Below are positions 55,491-64,000 of a DNA stretch of 64,000 bases, piece after piece. Both the position numbers and the translations under genes were made by a program. Origin of the DNA: an uncultured Planctomycetales bacterium (GTDB taxonomy: Bacteria > Omnitrophota > Gorgyraeia > Zapsychrales > Zapsychraceae); NCBI GenBank assembly GCA_964535935.1, contig CAZHWM010000007.1, positions 37,708 through 101,707 on the forward strand. The letters run 5' to 3'. The first letter of the stretch is position 1. Every line of letters starts with the position of its first letter. The notes beneath the pieces were generated by a model that saw only the letters and a list, made by a program, of their open reading frames with translations, did not search any database and was not told the origin of the DNA.

Positions 55491-58076
55491 CTAACGCCCC
55501 ACATCTATATTAAGTCCAGCATCTCCCCTACTGACCCTTAGCGAATCCCCTTCTCGTATTTCTCCTTTTAGAAGTTTTAATGCAACAGGATCCTGAACTA
55601 ACTTCTGTATCACCCTCTTCAGTGGTCTAGCCCCATAAACAGGATCGTAGCCTCTTTCACTTAAATAATCCTTAGCGTCATCAGTAAGATCAATAGAAAT
55701 ATTTTTTTCTGAAAGACGCTGCTTAAGTATATCTATTTGGATATCAACTATGTGCTTAATATCCTCTTTACCCAATTTATTAAAAATAACAATCTCATCA
55801 ACACGATTCAAAAATTCCGGTCTAAAATGTTCTTTTAATGCTGAATGAATTCTTTTTTCTATTTCTGTGGAATCATCCAAATCCATTATCATCTCAGTAC
55901 CTATATTAGAAGTCATAATGATAATAGTATTCTTAAAGTTCACTATACGACCCTGTCCATCAGTAAGTCTTCCGTCATCAAGTATCTGTAATAAGGCATT
56001 AAACACATCTCTATGTGCCTTTTCTATCTCATCAAATAAGACAACCGCATATGGTCTACGCCTTACAGCCTCCGTTAACTGGCCACCTTCATCATAGCCT
56101 ACATAACCTGGAGGCGCACCTATAAGCCTAGACACACTATGCTTTTCCATATATTCACTCATATCAATGCGTATCATGGCATTTTCATCATCAAACAAAA
56201 ACCATGCAAGAGATTTAGCAAGTTCAGTTTTTCCAACCCCAGTAGGGCCTACAAAGATAAAAGAACCCAACGGTCTATTAGGATCATTTAGTCCTGTTCT
56301 CGAACGCCTGATGCATGATGCAATCATATCAATTGCCTTATCTTGGCCTACTACACGCTTCTTAAGACTTTCCTCAATATTAATCAATTTTTCTGTCTCA
56401 GATTCCATCAATTTTGCCAACGGTATCTTTGTCCATTTAGATACAATCTGGGCTATATCCTCGTCGCTAACCTCTTCTTTAAGCATACATCCTTGCTTCT
56501 GTAATCTCGCTAACTCCTCGTTATATTTAGTTAACTCCTTCTGTAGTTCAACAAGCCTACCATACCTTATCTCAGCAACCTTGCCAAGATCTCCTTCCTT
56601 TTCATATTGAGAAGCTTGCAACCGTGCCTTTTCTATCTCTGCCTTTATGGCACGTATTTTCTCTATAACCTGCTTTTCCCCTTGCCAACGCACACGTAGT
56701 TTCTTATTTTCCTCTCGCAATGCATTCAACTCTTGCTCTAACTTCGCAAGCCTTTGCTTAGATGCTTCATCTGTTTCTTTTTTTAATGCCTGTTTTTCAA
56801 TCTCAAGTTGACGAATACGCCTCTCATTGATATCTAACTCCTGCGGCATACTGTCTATTTCAATGCGAAGACGGGAGGCTGCCTCATCAATAAGATCTAT
56901 TGCCTTATCTGGGAGAAAACGATCACTAATGTAACGATGCGACATCACAGCCGCAGCAATAATAGCAGAATCCTGAATGCGCACCCCATGATGAACCTCA
57001 TAACGTTCCTTAAGCCCTCTTAAAATAGCAATAGTATCCTCGACTGTAGGCTCCCTTACTATAACTGGTTGAAACCGTCGTTCAAGTGCAGCATCCTTCT
57101 CTATATACTTTCTATATTCATCAAGAGTAGTTGCCCCAATACAACGCAACTTACCCCTTGCAAGCGCGGGCTTCAACATATTGCCAGCATCCAATGAACC
57201 TTCTGCCTTGCCAGCACCTACAATAGTATGCAATTCATCTATAAAAAGTATTATCTGCCCAGCCTTAGATTCTATCTCCTTCAATACAGCCTTAAGCCTA
57301 TCCTCAAAATCACCCCTAAATTTTGCACCTGCGAGCAATGCACCTACATCAAGGGCTACAACCCTCTTTCTTTTAAGCCCTTCAGGGACATCCCCAGAAA
57401 CTATTCTCTGGGCAAGTCCTTCTACAATAGCTGTTTTCCCAACACCAGGCTCACCTATCAACACAGGATTATTTTTCGTCCTACGACTTAAAACCTGAAT
57501 AACCCGCCTAATCTCCTCATCACGTCCAATTACAGGATCTAATTCACCTTCTTCTGCCAACTTTGTCAAATCTCTACCATATTTATCTAAAGCCTGATAT
57601 TTATCCTCTGGATTATTATCTGTCACCTTCTGTCCCCCTCTCATCTCTTCAAATACCTTTAATATCTCCTGTTCACCAATACCATTTCTTCTTAAATCCT
57701 CAGCTAATATATTATTACCTGCCTTATATAAAGCAAGAAAAACATGCTCTTGAGATACATACTCATCCCTCATCCTCGAGGCTATCTTTTGCGCCTGACG
57801 AAGCACATCATTCAAAGACTGAGATAAAAATGGCTGCTGATTAGAACCTTCTACACTTGGCTTCTTCTTTAACTCCGCCTCCAACTTGGCAAGAATATCT
57901 TCTACAGGGATATTAAATCTATTCAACAGGGATGAAAACATCCCTTCCTCTTCCTTTAACAAAGAATAAATTAAATGCTCCGGCTCTATCTGTTGATGCC
58001 CAAACTCATATGCAAGCTCAACACTCCTCTGTATTGCCTCCTGATTTTTTATAGTAAATTTATCTAATCTAAACAT
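55491..58076 (-). CDS. clpB: Chaperone/disaggregase ClpB
   Basis: The internal ATG at 58074-58076, with RBS AAAGGGGGAAAGG, gives [18 protein letters not shown]..., a typical ClpB N-terminus. Two AAA+ modules ([18 protein letters not shown]) flank a long coiled-coil middle domain. The ORF-track start at 58136 lies inside the leader inverted repeat. Confidence 0.95.
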   Translation of the reverse strand: MFRLDKFTIKNQEAIQRSVELAYEFGHQQIEPEHLIYSLLKEEEGMFSSLLNRFNIPVEDILAKLEAELKKKPSVEGSNQQPFLSQSLNDVLRQAQKIASRMRDEYVSQEHVFLALYKAGNNILAEDLRRNGIGEQEILKVFEEMRGGQKVTDNNPEDKYQALDKYGRDLTKLAEEGELDPVIGRDEEIRRVIQVLSRRTKNNPVLIGEPGVGKTAIVEGLAQRIVSGDVPEGLKRKRVVALDVGALLAGAKFRGDFEDRLKAVLKEIESKAGQIILFIDELHTIVGAGKAEGSLDAGNMLKPALARGKLRCIGATTLDEYRKYIEKDAALERRFQPVIVREPTVEDTIAILRGLKERYEVHHGVRIQDSAIIAAAVMSHRYISDRFLPDKAIDLIDEAASRLRIEIDSMPQELDINERRIRQLEIEKQALKKETDEASKQRLAKLEQELNALREENKKLRVRWQGEKQVIEKIRAIKAEIEKARLQASQYEKEGDLGKVAEIRYGRLVELQKELTKYNEELARLQKQGCMLKEEVSDEDIAQIVSKWTKIPLAKLMESETEKLINIEESLKKRVVGQDKAIDMIASCIRRSRTGLNDPNRPLGSFIFVGPTGVGKTELAKSLAWFLFDDENAMIRIDMSEYMEKHSVSRLIGAPPGYVGYDEGGQLTEAVRRRPYAVVLFDEIEKAHRDVFNALLQILDDGRLTDGQGRIVNFKNTIIIMTSNIGTEMIMDLDDSTEIEKRIHSALKEHFRPEFLNRVDEIVIFNKLGKEDIKHIVDIQIDILKQRLSEKNISIDLTDDAKDYLSERGYDPVYGARPLKRVIQKLVQDPVALKLLKGEIREGDSLRVSRGDAGLNIDVGR

Positions 58077-58101
58077 TAGCCTTTCCCCCTTTAACTTATT
58101 G

Positions 58102-58172
58102 TATTCTGCACTATTTAACCTTGTTGATTTGTGCATTTTTCACTATTTAACAAGGTTAAATAGTGCAGAATA
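58102..58172. repeat. 24-bp perfect inverted repeat (23-nt spacer) in the clpB leader/promoter region
   Basis: tattctgcactatttaaccttgtt (58102..58125) is the exact reverse complement of aacaaggttaaatagtgcagaata (58149..58172). The 11-mer cactatttaac occurs at 58109..58119 and 58141..58151, and inverted at 58155..58165. Confidence 0.85.
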
Positions 58173-58196
58173 GCACTCTATGATATTAAGTGCTAA
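58170..58196. promoter_or_regulatory. CIRCE-like element upstream of clpB
   Basis: Minus strand reads TTAGCACTT-aatatcata-GAGTGCTAT. This has two terminal mismatches to TTAGCACTC-N9-GAGTGCTAA and abuts the inverted repeat. Confidence 0.55.
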
Positions 58197-58213
58197 TTAA
58201 AGAATAAAAAAAT

Positions 58214-58528
58214 TTATTGTTTTTTCTTTAAAATATTAGCTTTTTCTTCCTCAATTCTTAAAATCATTTTAACTCCATTTATATTAACACCCTTTTGATT
58301 TATCAGATACCGCACATAGCTGAGTTTTTCTATTTGTACCTTTGAATAGCAACGAGTGCGTTTGCCAATTCGTTTAGGTCTAACAATGCCCAGCTCATCC
58401 AATTTACGCAATGTCCATATCGGCAGACCAACCATCTCGCTTGCAACACTGATAACAAACAACGGAGCCTCAGGATTAATCTCAACCTTAAATCCTTTTT
58501 GTCCCTGTTGTTGTTTGTCCCCACCCAT
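58214..58528 (-). CDS. hspR: MerR-family heat-shock regulator (HspR-like)
   Basis: 104 aa. MerR-type HTH (LFVISVASEMVGLPIWTLRKLDELGIVRPKRIGKRTRCYS) plus a short coiled coil. It lies directly upstream of clpB, as known HspR regulons include clpB. Confidence 0.75.
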   Translation of the reverse strand: MGGDKQQQGQKGFKVEINPEAPLFVISVASEMVGLPIWTLRKLDELGIVRPKRIGKRTRCYSKVQIEKLSYVRYLINQKGVNINGVKMILRIEEEKANILKKKQ

Positions 58529-58572
58529 ACACTTACTCCTTATTACTATGCAAATGACATAAAATCATTATA

Positions 58573-58601
58573 AATATATCATACTGCAAATAAATTGTCA
58601 A
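58573..58601 (-). promoter_or_regulatory. Candidate sigma70 promoter of the hspR-like gene
   Basis: Minus strand reads TTGACA (58601..58596), a 17-nt spacer, then TATATT (58578..58573), about 45 nt upstream of the ATG with RBS AAGGAG. Confidence 0.55.
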
Positions 58602-58784
58602 GTCTATCTAATCAAAAAAATTAGTTTTTCTAACCGTAACAATAATAAATTTATCACTTCTTTTAACTAATAAAAAAAAGATACACTAAATTAGAACATT
58701 AAAATTCAACCCAAATTTTTAATTACAAATAATAAGTTGATATAACTTCCGGATAAGTTTAGAGTTAGATTAGATAAGAAAGGA

Positions 58785-59393
58785 TTAATTGTCACTAAAA
58801 TGTTTCTTAATATACTCATCCATTAATCGAATTGCTTCATCCTTACATTGACCGCATACTGTACCGAGTTTGGTGCGTTCCTGCAGTTCATAATAGGTCT
58901 TTGCACCTTCAAGTATTGCATACTCTATCTCTTTATCTGTAACATTCATACACTGACAAATTATCTTTGCCTTTTCCTTTATCACCTTATCCTTCATACC
59001 ATTGCGCATATAATAATCATTTATCGCAGCACGCAATGCCTTATCCCCCAAAACAGAGCAATGCAGCTTATGCTCCGGTAGGCCCCCTAACTTCTTTGCA
59101 ATATCCTTAGGTGATATATGATATGCCTCTTCAAGACTCATACCTTTAACTGCCTCCGAGAGTATAGATGTGCTCGCAATAGCACTGGCGCAGCCATAGG
59201 TTTTCCATTTGCAATCTGTGATGATGTCTTTATCCTTATCAACCTTAATCACAACCATCATTTGGTCCCCGCATTTTATATTACCAACCACACCCCTTCC
59301 ATCTTCATGAAACGAGGTTTCATCTTCTAGAACATTCTTAGGATTCATAAAATGTTCTTTAACAATATCTGTATATACCCAATTATTTCCCAT
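58785..59393 (-). CDS. nifU: NifU-type Fe-S cluster scaffold (IscU-like domain + BFD-like [2Fe-2S] domain)
   Basis: 202 aa. IscU motifs GNIKCGDQM, WKTYGCASAIASTS, LPEHKLHCSVL, then BFD-like CQCMNVTDKEI...CGQC. Confidence 0.85.
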   Translation of the reverse strand: MGNNWVYTDIVKEHFMNPKNVLEDETSFHEDGRGVVGNIKCGDQMMVVIKVDKDKDIITDCKWKTYGCASAIASTSILSEAVKGMSLEEAYHISPKDIAKKLGGLPEHKLHCSVLGDKALRAAINDYYMRNGMKDKVIKEKAKIICQCMNVTDKEIEYAILEGAKTYYELQERTKLGTVCGQCKDEAIRLMDEYIKKHFSDN

Positions 59394-59509
59394 AAATAAT
59401 TTAAAGATTCTCCAATTTAAAATTTAAAAATCTGTGTTAGAATATAACATTAGAATTTTTTACAGTCAAGAGAATTCTTTTTAACCTTTATTATATTTTA
59501 AATATTATT

Positions 59510-61168
59510 ATGAAAAAATTTATACTTTTTATAAGATTATATTGGGTAAGAATATTAATTACAGTAGTGCTTATATCCTTGTTTATTGGTGCTATAGTAT
59601 TTCTTGTTTATGGTATGAGCAACTACTTATCACTTGAACCATGGTCGCGTAAACAGATCGCAGGCCAAATGGCGATGATGATACCTATGTTCTTTTTCGC
59701 TCAACTGTTTACCATACCCTTTTATTTTGTTATGGATTATTATTTTATACAAGGGGGCAATTTAGGAAAAATAGATATCCAGAAAGCAAAGGTTAATGTC
59801 AAGTGGGATGAGGTCATCGGCCTTGAAGAGGCAAAAAAAGAGGCGTGGGAACTGGTAAAGCTCTTAAAGGATAGGGCATTACTTAAATCTGTTGGTGGTA
59901 AAATTATTAAAGGGACAATTATGTTAGGTCCTCCTGGCTGCGGAAAAACTTACCTTGCAAAGGCAATAGCCTCTGAGTGTGGTCTACCTCTATTACCTGC
60001 TGTAGGAAGTGAATTTGTTGGTATGTTCGTAGGCCAAGGCACTGCTAGGATGAAATCTCTCTTCAAGCAAGCAAGGGCCCTTGCAAAGATGGAAGGTGGA
60101 TGTATTATATTCATCGATGAAATAGACTCATTTGCCAGACCAAGAGGAGCAGATACAGGTTTTGGTGGAAGATTAGATATGAATGCAACCATCAATCAAT
60201 TTCTTACAGAAATGGATGGCTTGCGAAATACTGAAAATAATATAGTTGTAATTGCCGCAACTAATGTGGAAGAACATGAATTGGATCCTGCTATTATGCG
60301 TGCAGGCAGATTCGATAGGAAAATACATGTTCGCAGACCAAATTTAAAAGAACGTGAACAAATATTCAAGCTGTACTTATCTAAACTAAAATATGCACCT
60401 TCTATTAATATTAATGTATTAGCACGTAAAACTGTCAATTTTTCTCCTGCTGAGATAGAAAGTATGGTAAGAGAAGCAGGACTTATATGCCGAAGAAATG
60501 GTAGAGATACAATAAATATGAAGGACCTTAGTGATGCATATGAAAGAGTTGCATTTGGATTAAAAAGTAATGTTATTATGAGCGATAAAGAAAAACTATG
60601 GACCGCATATCATGAAACCGGACATGCATTTTTATATTATATGATCCATCCTACTGACGATGTTATGAAGGCAACTATAATACCTAGACGTGGTGCTTTA
60701 GGCTATGTATTTGCTCGTTCAGAAGAAGAAAGACATTCTGGTGATTATAATTTATTAATATCTGAAATTAAAGTCTGTATTGCTGGATATGTAGCAGAAA
60801 AAATAAAGTTTGGACATACTTCTGATGGTGTAGGATCTGATTTCGATAAAGCAATGAAACTAGCTCAATCAATGGTATGGACATTAGGAATGGGACCATC
60901 TGGTATAATCGGCAGTCATAATCCTGCCTATTTGTCAGAGGAGACAAAAACAAAACTCAATGAAGACACTCAACAAATATTACAAACCTGTCTAAAAGAA
61001 GTAGAAGACCTACTAAGAAAAAACTGGGAAGCAGTCGAACATTTTGCTGAACAACTCTATAAAAAAGAAGAACTCGACTACGATGAAATTGAAGCAGTAT
61101 TTAATAAATTCGGCATACAAAGGGCAAAAAATAAATTATCTATAGACGAAGAAAGCAATCTCTCATAA
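59510..61168 (+). CDS. FtsH-family AAA+ zinc metalloprotease, divergent short form with a minimal periplasmic loop
   Basis: 552 aa. Two TMs separated by only about 20 residues. Walker A GPPGCGKT, pore loop GMFVG, Walker B IIFIDEID, SRH ATNVEEHELDPAIMRAGRFDRK, and M41 HETGH. Confidence 0.85.
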   Translation: MKKFILFIRLYWVRILITVVLISLFIGAIVFLVYGMSNYLSLEPWSRKQIAGQMAMMIPMFFFAQLFTIPFYFVMDYYFIQGGNLGKIDIQKAKVNVKWDEVIGLEEAKKEAWELVKLLKDRALLKSVGGKIIKGTIMLGPPGCGKTYLAKAIASECGLPLLPAVGSEFVGMFVGQGTARMKSLFKQARALAKMEGGCIIFIDEIDSFARPRGADTGFGGRLDMNATINQFLTEMDGLRNTENNIVVIAATNVEEHELDPAIMRAGRFDRKIHVRRPNLKEREQIFKLYLSKLKYAPSININVLARKTVNFSPAEIESMVREAGLICRRNGRDTINMKDLSDAYERVAFGLKSNVIMSDKEKLWTAYHETGHAFLYYMIHPTDDVMKATIIPRRGALGYVFARSEEERHSGDYNLLISEIKVCIAGYVAEKIKFGHTSDGVGSDFDKAMKLAQSMVWTLGMGPSGIIGSHNPAYLSEETKTKLNEDTQQILQTCLKEVEDLLRKNWEAVEHFAEQLYKKEELDYDEIEAVFNKFGIQRAKNKLSIDEESNLS

Positions 61169-61179
61169 AAAACAAAACT

Positions 61180-62139
61180 ATGAATAGATATTTGCATATT
61201 ATCCTTTCTCTTCTACTTTTAACAACCTCATCTATAAATTGTTTCAAAATGGTCCCCTCCCAAGGTATAACAATACCTCAGGCAGTTCAAAAATTCAGGA
61301 AAATATGTAAGGAAGAACTGCATATCAACCCTGTCATAAAACAAATACAGGACACATTATGGATATATGTACCCATAAAAAAAGACCTATTGGAATTTAA
61401 GGCATCAAAAAACGGGCCACAAAATCCCAATGAGGCAAAAACAAAAATATCTATCCGTTTTCTAGATACAGTATTTAAAGACAACGGATTTTATATTACA
61501 TATGATATTGCAAGGATAAAAACATATGCAAGAGATTATGGTTACAGTTCTGTTTATTCTGATTATTATCAAAATCTACACAGAGGAGTCTTCTCTGCTA
61601 TGCAAAGAAGCCTTTTGGGTGTAGGAGAAATTTCAGGAGATATAAAATTTAAAGATATAAAAAAACAAAACACACACAAAAGACTTATAAACACATATAT
61701 AAAAACAGATATTCCCCCTCTATTTATTGTCGTTGTCATAGCTGATATAAAAACCGGAATAGAACTTGAAAGCATGTTTTATTTCAATGACCTAAAACGG
61801 GCATACAGTATAACTGCAAATATATCCGGAGCAGAATATATGAAAAGATATATCTCTGATTTAAGGGGAAATATAAATATTATAGGTGATGAAAAAGGCA
61901 AGCATCTAAACTATCGACAGATCACTATGGGAGAATTCCTTGCCAAACAGATAGCAAACAGGATAAGATTCAAATATGAAAGGAGTCAATTCCCCCCATC
62001 TGCTAATACAAAAAAAGAAATATTACAAATCGTAAAAACTACAGTCAACATCTATAAATTTACTAAATTCCAAACCGTCACCCTGAAGGACCTCAAGACT
62101 AATCAAATATATTCTATATCTAAACAAGATCTACTATAA
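61180..62139 (+). CDS. Hypothetical exported protein, probably co-transcribed with the FtsH-like gene
   Basis: 319 aa. N-terminal signal sequence MNRYLHIILSLLLLTTSSINC (possible lipoprotein Cys). I recognise no domain. It starts 11 nt after the FtsH-like stop. Confidence 0.5.
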   Translation: MNRYLHIILSLLLLTTSSINCFKMVPSQGITIPQAVQKFRKICKEELHINPVIKQIQDTLWIYVPIKKDLLEFKASKNGPQNPNEAKTKISIRFLDTVFKDNGFYITYDIARIKTYARDYGYSSVYSDYYQNLHRGVFSAMQRSLLGVGEISGDIKFKDIKKQNTHKRLINTYIKTDIPPLFIVVVIADIKTGIELESMFYFNDLKRAYSITANISGAEYMKRYISDLRGNINIIGDEKGKHLNYRQITMGEFLAKQIANRIRFKYERSQFPPSANTKKEILQIVKTTVNIYKFTKFQTVTLKDLKTNQIYSISKQDLL

Positions 62140-62229
62140 ACAAAAAGGCATTCCTCTATCAAAATTCATACAGAAATTAGTAGTATTACCCTTATACTAA
62201 ACTTCTCTTATGGCATAAAAAAAATACTT

Positions 62230-62703
62230 CTACGGCCGTTCTATCTTAACTATCTTATATCTCAACTTCCCAGCAGGAACGTCTATTTCGACCTCTTCTC
62301 CTTCTCCCTTACCCATTAACCCTTTACCTATCGGAGAAAATATAGACAATTTATCCTCATCATAATTAGCTTCCTCAGGGGATACCAACATATACTTAAC
62401 AATATCTCCCTTATCCATATCTTCCAAAGTTACAATTGCACCAATATAGACCTTATCTGCAGGAATATTTTCATCCTCTATAATACGAACCTTTGCCAAT
62501 TTCTCCTCAAGTTCCGCTATTCTAGCAGCATTATGCGCTTGGGCCTCTTTTGCAGCATCATATTCTGCGTTCTCAGATATATCACCCTGAAGCCTAGCCT
62601 CTCCTATAGCCTGAGAAATCTTAACTTTTTCTGCCTTTAACTGTTCCAATTCTTCCACTAACTTCTGATATCCTGCTCTAGTTAAATACACAGCATCCAT
62701 CAT
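62230..62703 (-). CDS. greA: Transcription elongation factor GreA
   Basis: 157 aa. Coiled-coil N-domain with GDISENAEYDAAKE and a C-terminal FKBP-like domain. Confidence 0.95.
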   Translation of the reverse strand: MMDAVYLTRAGYQKLVEELEQLKAEKVKISQAIGEARLQGDISENAEYDAAKEAQAHNAARIAELEEKLAKVRIIEDENIPADKVYIGAIVTLEDMDKGDIVKYMLVSPEEANYDEDKLSIFSPIGKGLMGKGEGEEVEIDVPAGKLRYKIVKIERP

Positions 62704-62815
62704 AAACTATATCACCTCCCTCCTTACATGTTGAATATTGCAAAAACCTTTATCAAATTGTGAAATAATCCTTATACTATTACACACTTTTAATTAGGTC
62801 TCGACAAAATCATAC

Positions 62816-63049
62816 CTATTCTATACTCTCTACTGCCTTCATCATAATAGGTATAATCTCTTTTGCCTCTTCCTTACTAAGCCTGCCCAACTTGGCAAAA
62901 CGCCATTCATCCTGGGTCCTATTTTCTCTGGTTAACTGTATCTTCTTAGGCCCATTATTATATGAATAAACACCCACTGTTATCCTTGTATCACCAAATT
63001 CCTTGGTTTCTTTAAAAAATTCCACATCCAAAGATTGATCATATGGCAT
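62816..63049 (-). CDS. Small hypothetical protein, possibly PC4/YdbC-like ssDNA-binding fold
   Basis: 77 aa. The pattern ...RITVGVYSYNNGPKKIQLTRE......FAKLGRLSKEEAKEI resembles bacterial YdbC/PC4-like proteins. This is weak, recollection-based similarity only. Confidence 0.35.
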   Translation of the reverse strand: MPYDQSLDVEFFKETKEFGDTRITVGVYSYNNGPKKIQLTRENRTQDEWRFAKLGRLSKEEAKEIIPIMMKAVESIE

Positions 63050-63130
63050 AAGTATACCCTCCTTAAAATATTATAGCCTTATGGCCTTATTATTAATATT
63101 AAAATTTATCTAATATTCTTAGAGTTCAAA

Positions 63131-63430
63131 CTAAAACCCACCTAATCCTGGAATAGATGGCATCACCTCCCTCATCTTCTCAGCTGCAATACCCTGAGAC
63201 TTTCGTATCGCAGCATTTACACTTCTAAGCAAATCTCTTTCTAATCTCCTCTTTGCCTCTGGTCTTAAATATTCTTCATCAATACTAATTGACACAAAAT
63301 TCTGAGAACCATTTATTTTTATACTAATACCGCTAACTTCATTCACATCTATGTCAGATGAATCCAAATTCTTTTTTATCTTGTCAACCTGTTTTTTCAT
63401 CTCCATTAATTGTTTCATCTTATCAAACAT
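63131..63430 (-). CDS. ybaB: Nucleoid-associated protein YbaB/EbfC
   Basis: 99 aa. MFDKMKQLMEMKKQVDKIKKNL...VNAAIRKSQGIAAEKM...IPGLGGF is typical of the YbaB family. Confidence 0.9.
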   Translation of the reverse strand: MFDKMKQLMEMKKQVDKIKKNLDSSDIDVNEVSGISIKINGSQNFVSISIDEEYLRPEAKRRLERDLLRSVNAAIRKSQGIAAEKMREVMPSIPGLGGF

Positions 63431-63455
63431 TATCTTCCTCCTTTTAAAAAAATTT

Positions 63456-63749
63456 TTAATGTAATGCTAATCCTATACGATAAATAACAGGAACTAAAAA
63501 CCACTGAAGAAATCTTATGCAAAAGAATACAATAACAGGTGAAATATCAATCCCCATTGGTGGCAATAAGCGTCTTACCGGCTGTAAAATTGGTTCTGTG
63601 GTCCTATACAAAAATTGAACTATTGGATTATAGGGATCTGGATTAACCCAACTTATTAATGCACGAATCAATACTAAAATCCATAATAATCCTAAGATCG
63701 TATCAACCAAGTTTGCCAATGCAATAAAAAATTGGCTAAAAATAAACAT
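63456..63749 (-). CDS. yggT: YggT-family membrane protein
   Basis: 97 aa with two TMs. LIRALISWVNPDPYNPIVQFLYRTTEPILQPVRRLLP...GIDISP is the YggT signature region. Confidence 0.8.
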   Translation of the reverse strand: MFIFSQFFIALANLVDTILGLLWILVLIRALISWVNPDPYNPIVQFLYRTTEPILQPVRRLLPPMGIDISPVIVFFCIRFLQWFLVPVIYRIGLALH

Positions 63750-63770
63750 AACCTCTCCTCCTATCTGAAA

Positions 63771-64000
63771 TTAGAATACTTTAAACAAATTACCATCAAT
63801 CATTCTCTGTTCTATACGATTCAATATCCTCCTGGTCTTTTTGGTAATATATCCCATATCCTTCAACAAACAATTAATCCCTTCTGCTGTCAATGACAGA
63901 GTATGGGCTGTCTCTGCAACCACATCTGCCAATTCCTGAACATCCAGTCTACCAAACTCCTCGGATGTCTTAGTAAAAGACCTTGCAGCTGCAGTAAAAG
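63771..64000 (-). CDS. Hypothetical protein, C-terminal fragment (N-terminus beyond the window end)
   Basis: An open minus-strand frame to the window edge ends ...LTAEGINCLLKDMGYITKKTRRILNRIEQRMIDGNLFKVF then TAA at 63771-63773. I recognise no motif. Confidence 0.4.
   Translation of the reverse strand, partial: FTAAARSFTKTSEEFGRLDVQELADVVAETAHTLSLTAEGINCLLKDMGYITKKTRRILNRIEQRMIDGNLFKVF

Noticed and set aside
58077-58136. 20-codon N-terminal extension of the clpB ORF in the track.
   Set aside because: The extension lies inside the leader inverted repeat. The internal Met is preceded by a strong RBS and yields the conserved ClpB N-terminus.
1-64000. Alternative genetic code (UGA recoding) or programmed frameshifts, as seen in some uncultured lineages.
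   Set aside because: All conserved genes are intact under the standard code. TGA, TAA and TAG all occur as genuine stops (for example TGA ends proA and the DUF5989 gene). There are no interrupted conserved genes except the doubtful 32968..33362 region.

Overview
This is an AT-rich chromosomal segment from a diderm bacterium, shown by LptD, a PilQ secretin, a TonB-dependent receptor and lipoproteins. It uses the standard genetic code. I saw no transposase, integrase, CRISPR array or rRNA. I can support about 65 genes, and all but two (59510..62139) lie on the minus strand.

Gene order, left to right:
- rplA/rplK-nusG-secE with tRNA-Trp, rpmG and tRNA-Thr
- tyrS, rpsA, plsC, a phosphohexomutase, nadD, proA, proB, obg, rplU, RNase G
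- a roughly 14 kb type IV pilus/T2SS-like supercluster: pilQPONM, two pilins, a coiled-coil protein, pilC, two PilB-type ATPases, a stand-alone PilB N-domain protein, a GspK-like protein and a pseudopilin
- a TonB-dependent receptor, a secreted archaemetzincin and two lipoproteins
- tmRNA
- a glycan block: orphan E1-alpha, a DUF5989/SxtJ/carbamoyltransferase triad, UXS and two UDP-sugar dehydrogenases
- lptD, a ROK kinase, two GGDEF cyclases, a MalK-like ATPase, accD, DUF1015, VanZ, FmdB
- a heat-shock block: dnaJ, dnaK-grpE-hrcA with promoter and CIRCE, clpB, an HspR-like MerR regulator
- nifU, a divergent FtsH-like protease with an unknown partner, greA, ybaB, yggT

The most interesting signal is in non-coding sequence that the ORF track cannot show. 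A consensus promoter, a GEMM-I (c-di-GMP-I) riboswitch aptamer and an intrinsic terminator sit in the leader of the pilin genes. Together with MshEN-type c-di-GMP-binding motifs on a PilB ATPase and on a stand-alone N-domain protein, and two nearby diguanylate cyclases, this suggests a multi-layer c-di-GMP-controlled pilus system.

Other items worth a second look:
- a 24-bp perfect inverted repeat with a triplicated 11-mer next to a CIRCE-like site in the clpB leader
- a secreted archaemetzincin in an operon with a TonB-dependent receptor
- the uncharacterised carbamoyltransferase-SxtJ-DUF5989 triad, whose 52-aa gene is missing from the ORF track

All calls rest on reading the sequence and recalling family motifs. 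No database search was run, and start codons are provisional.
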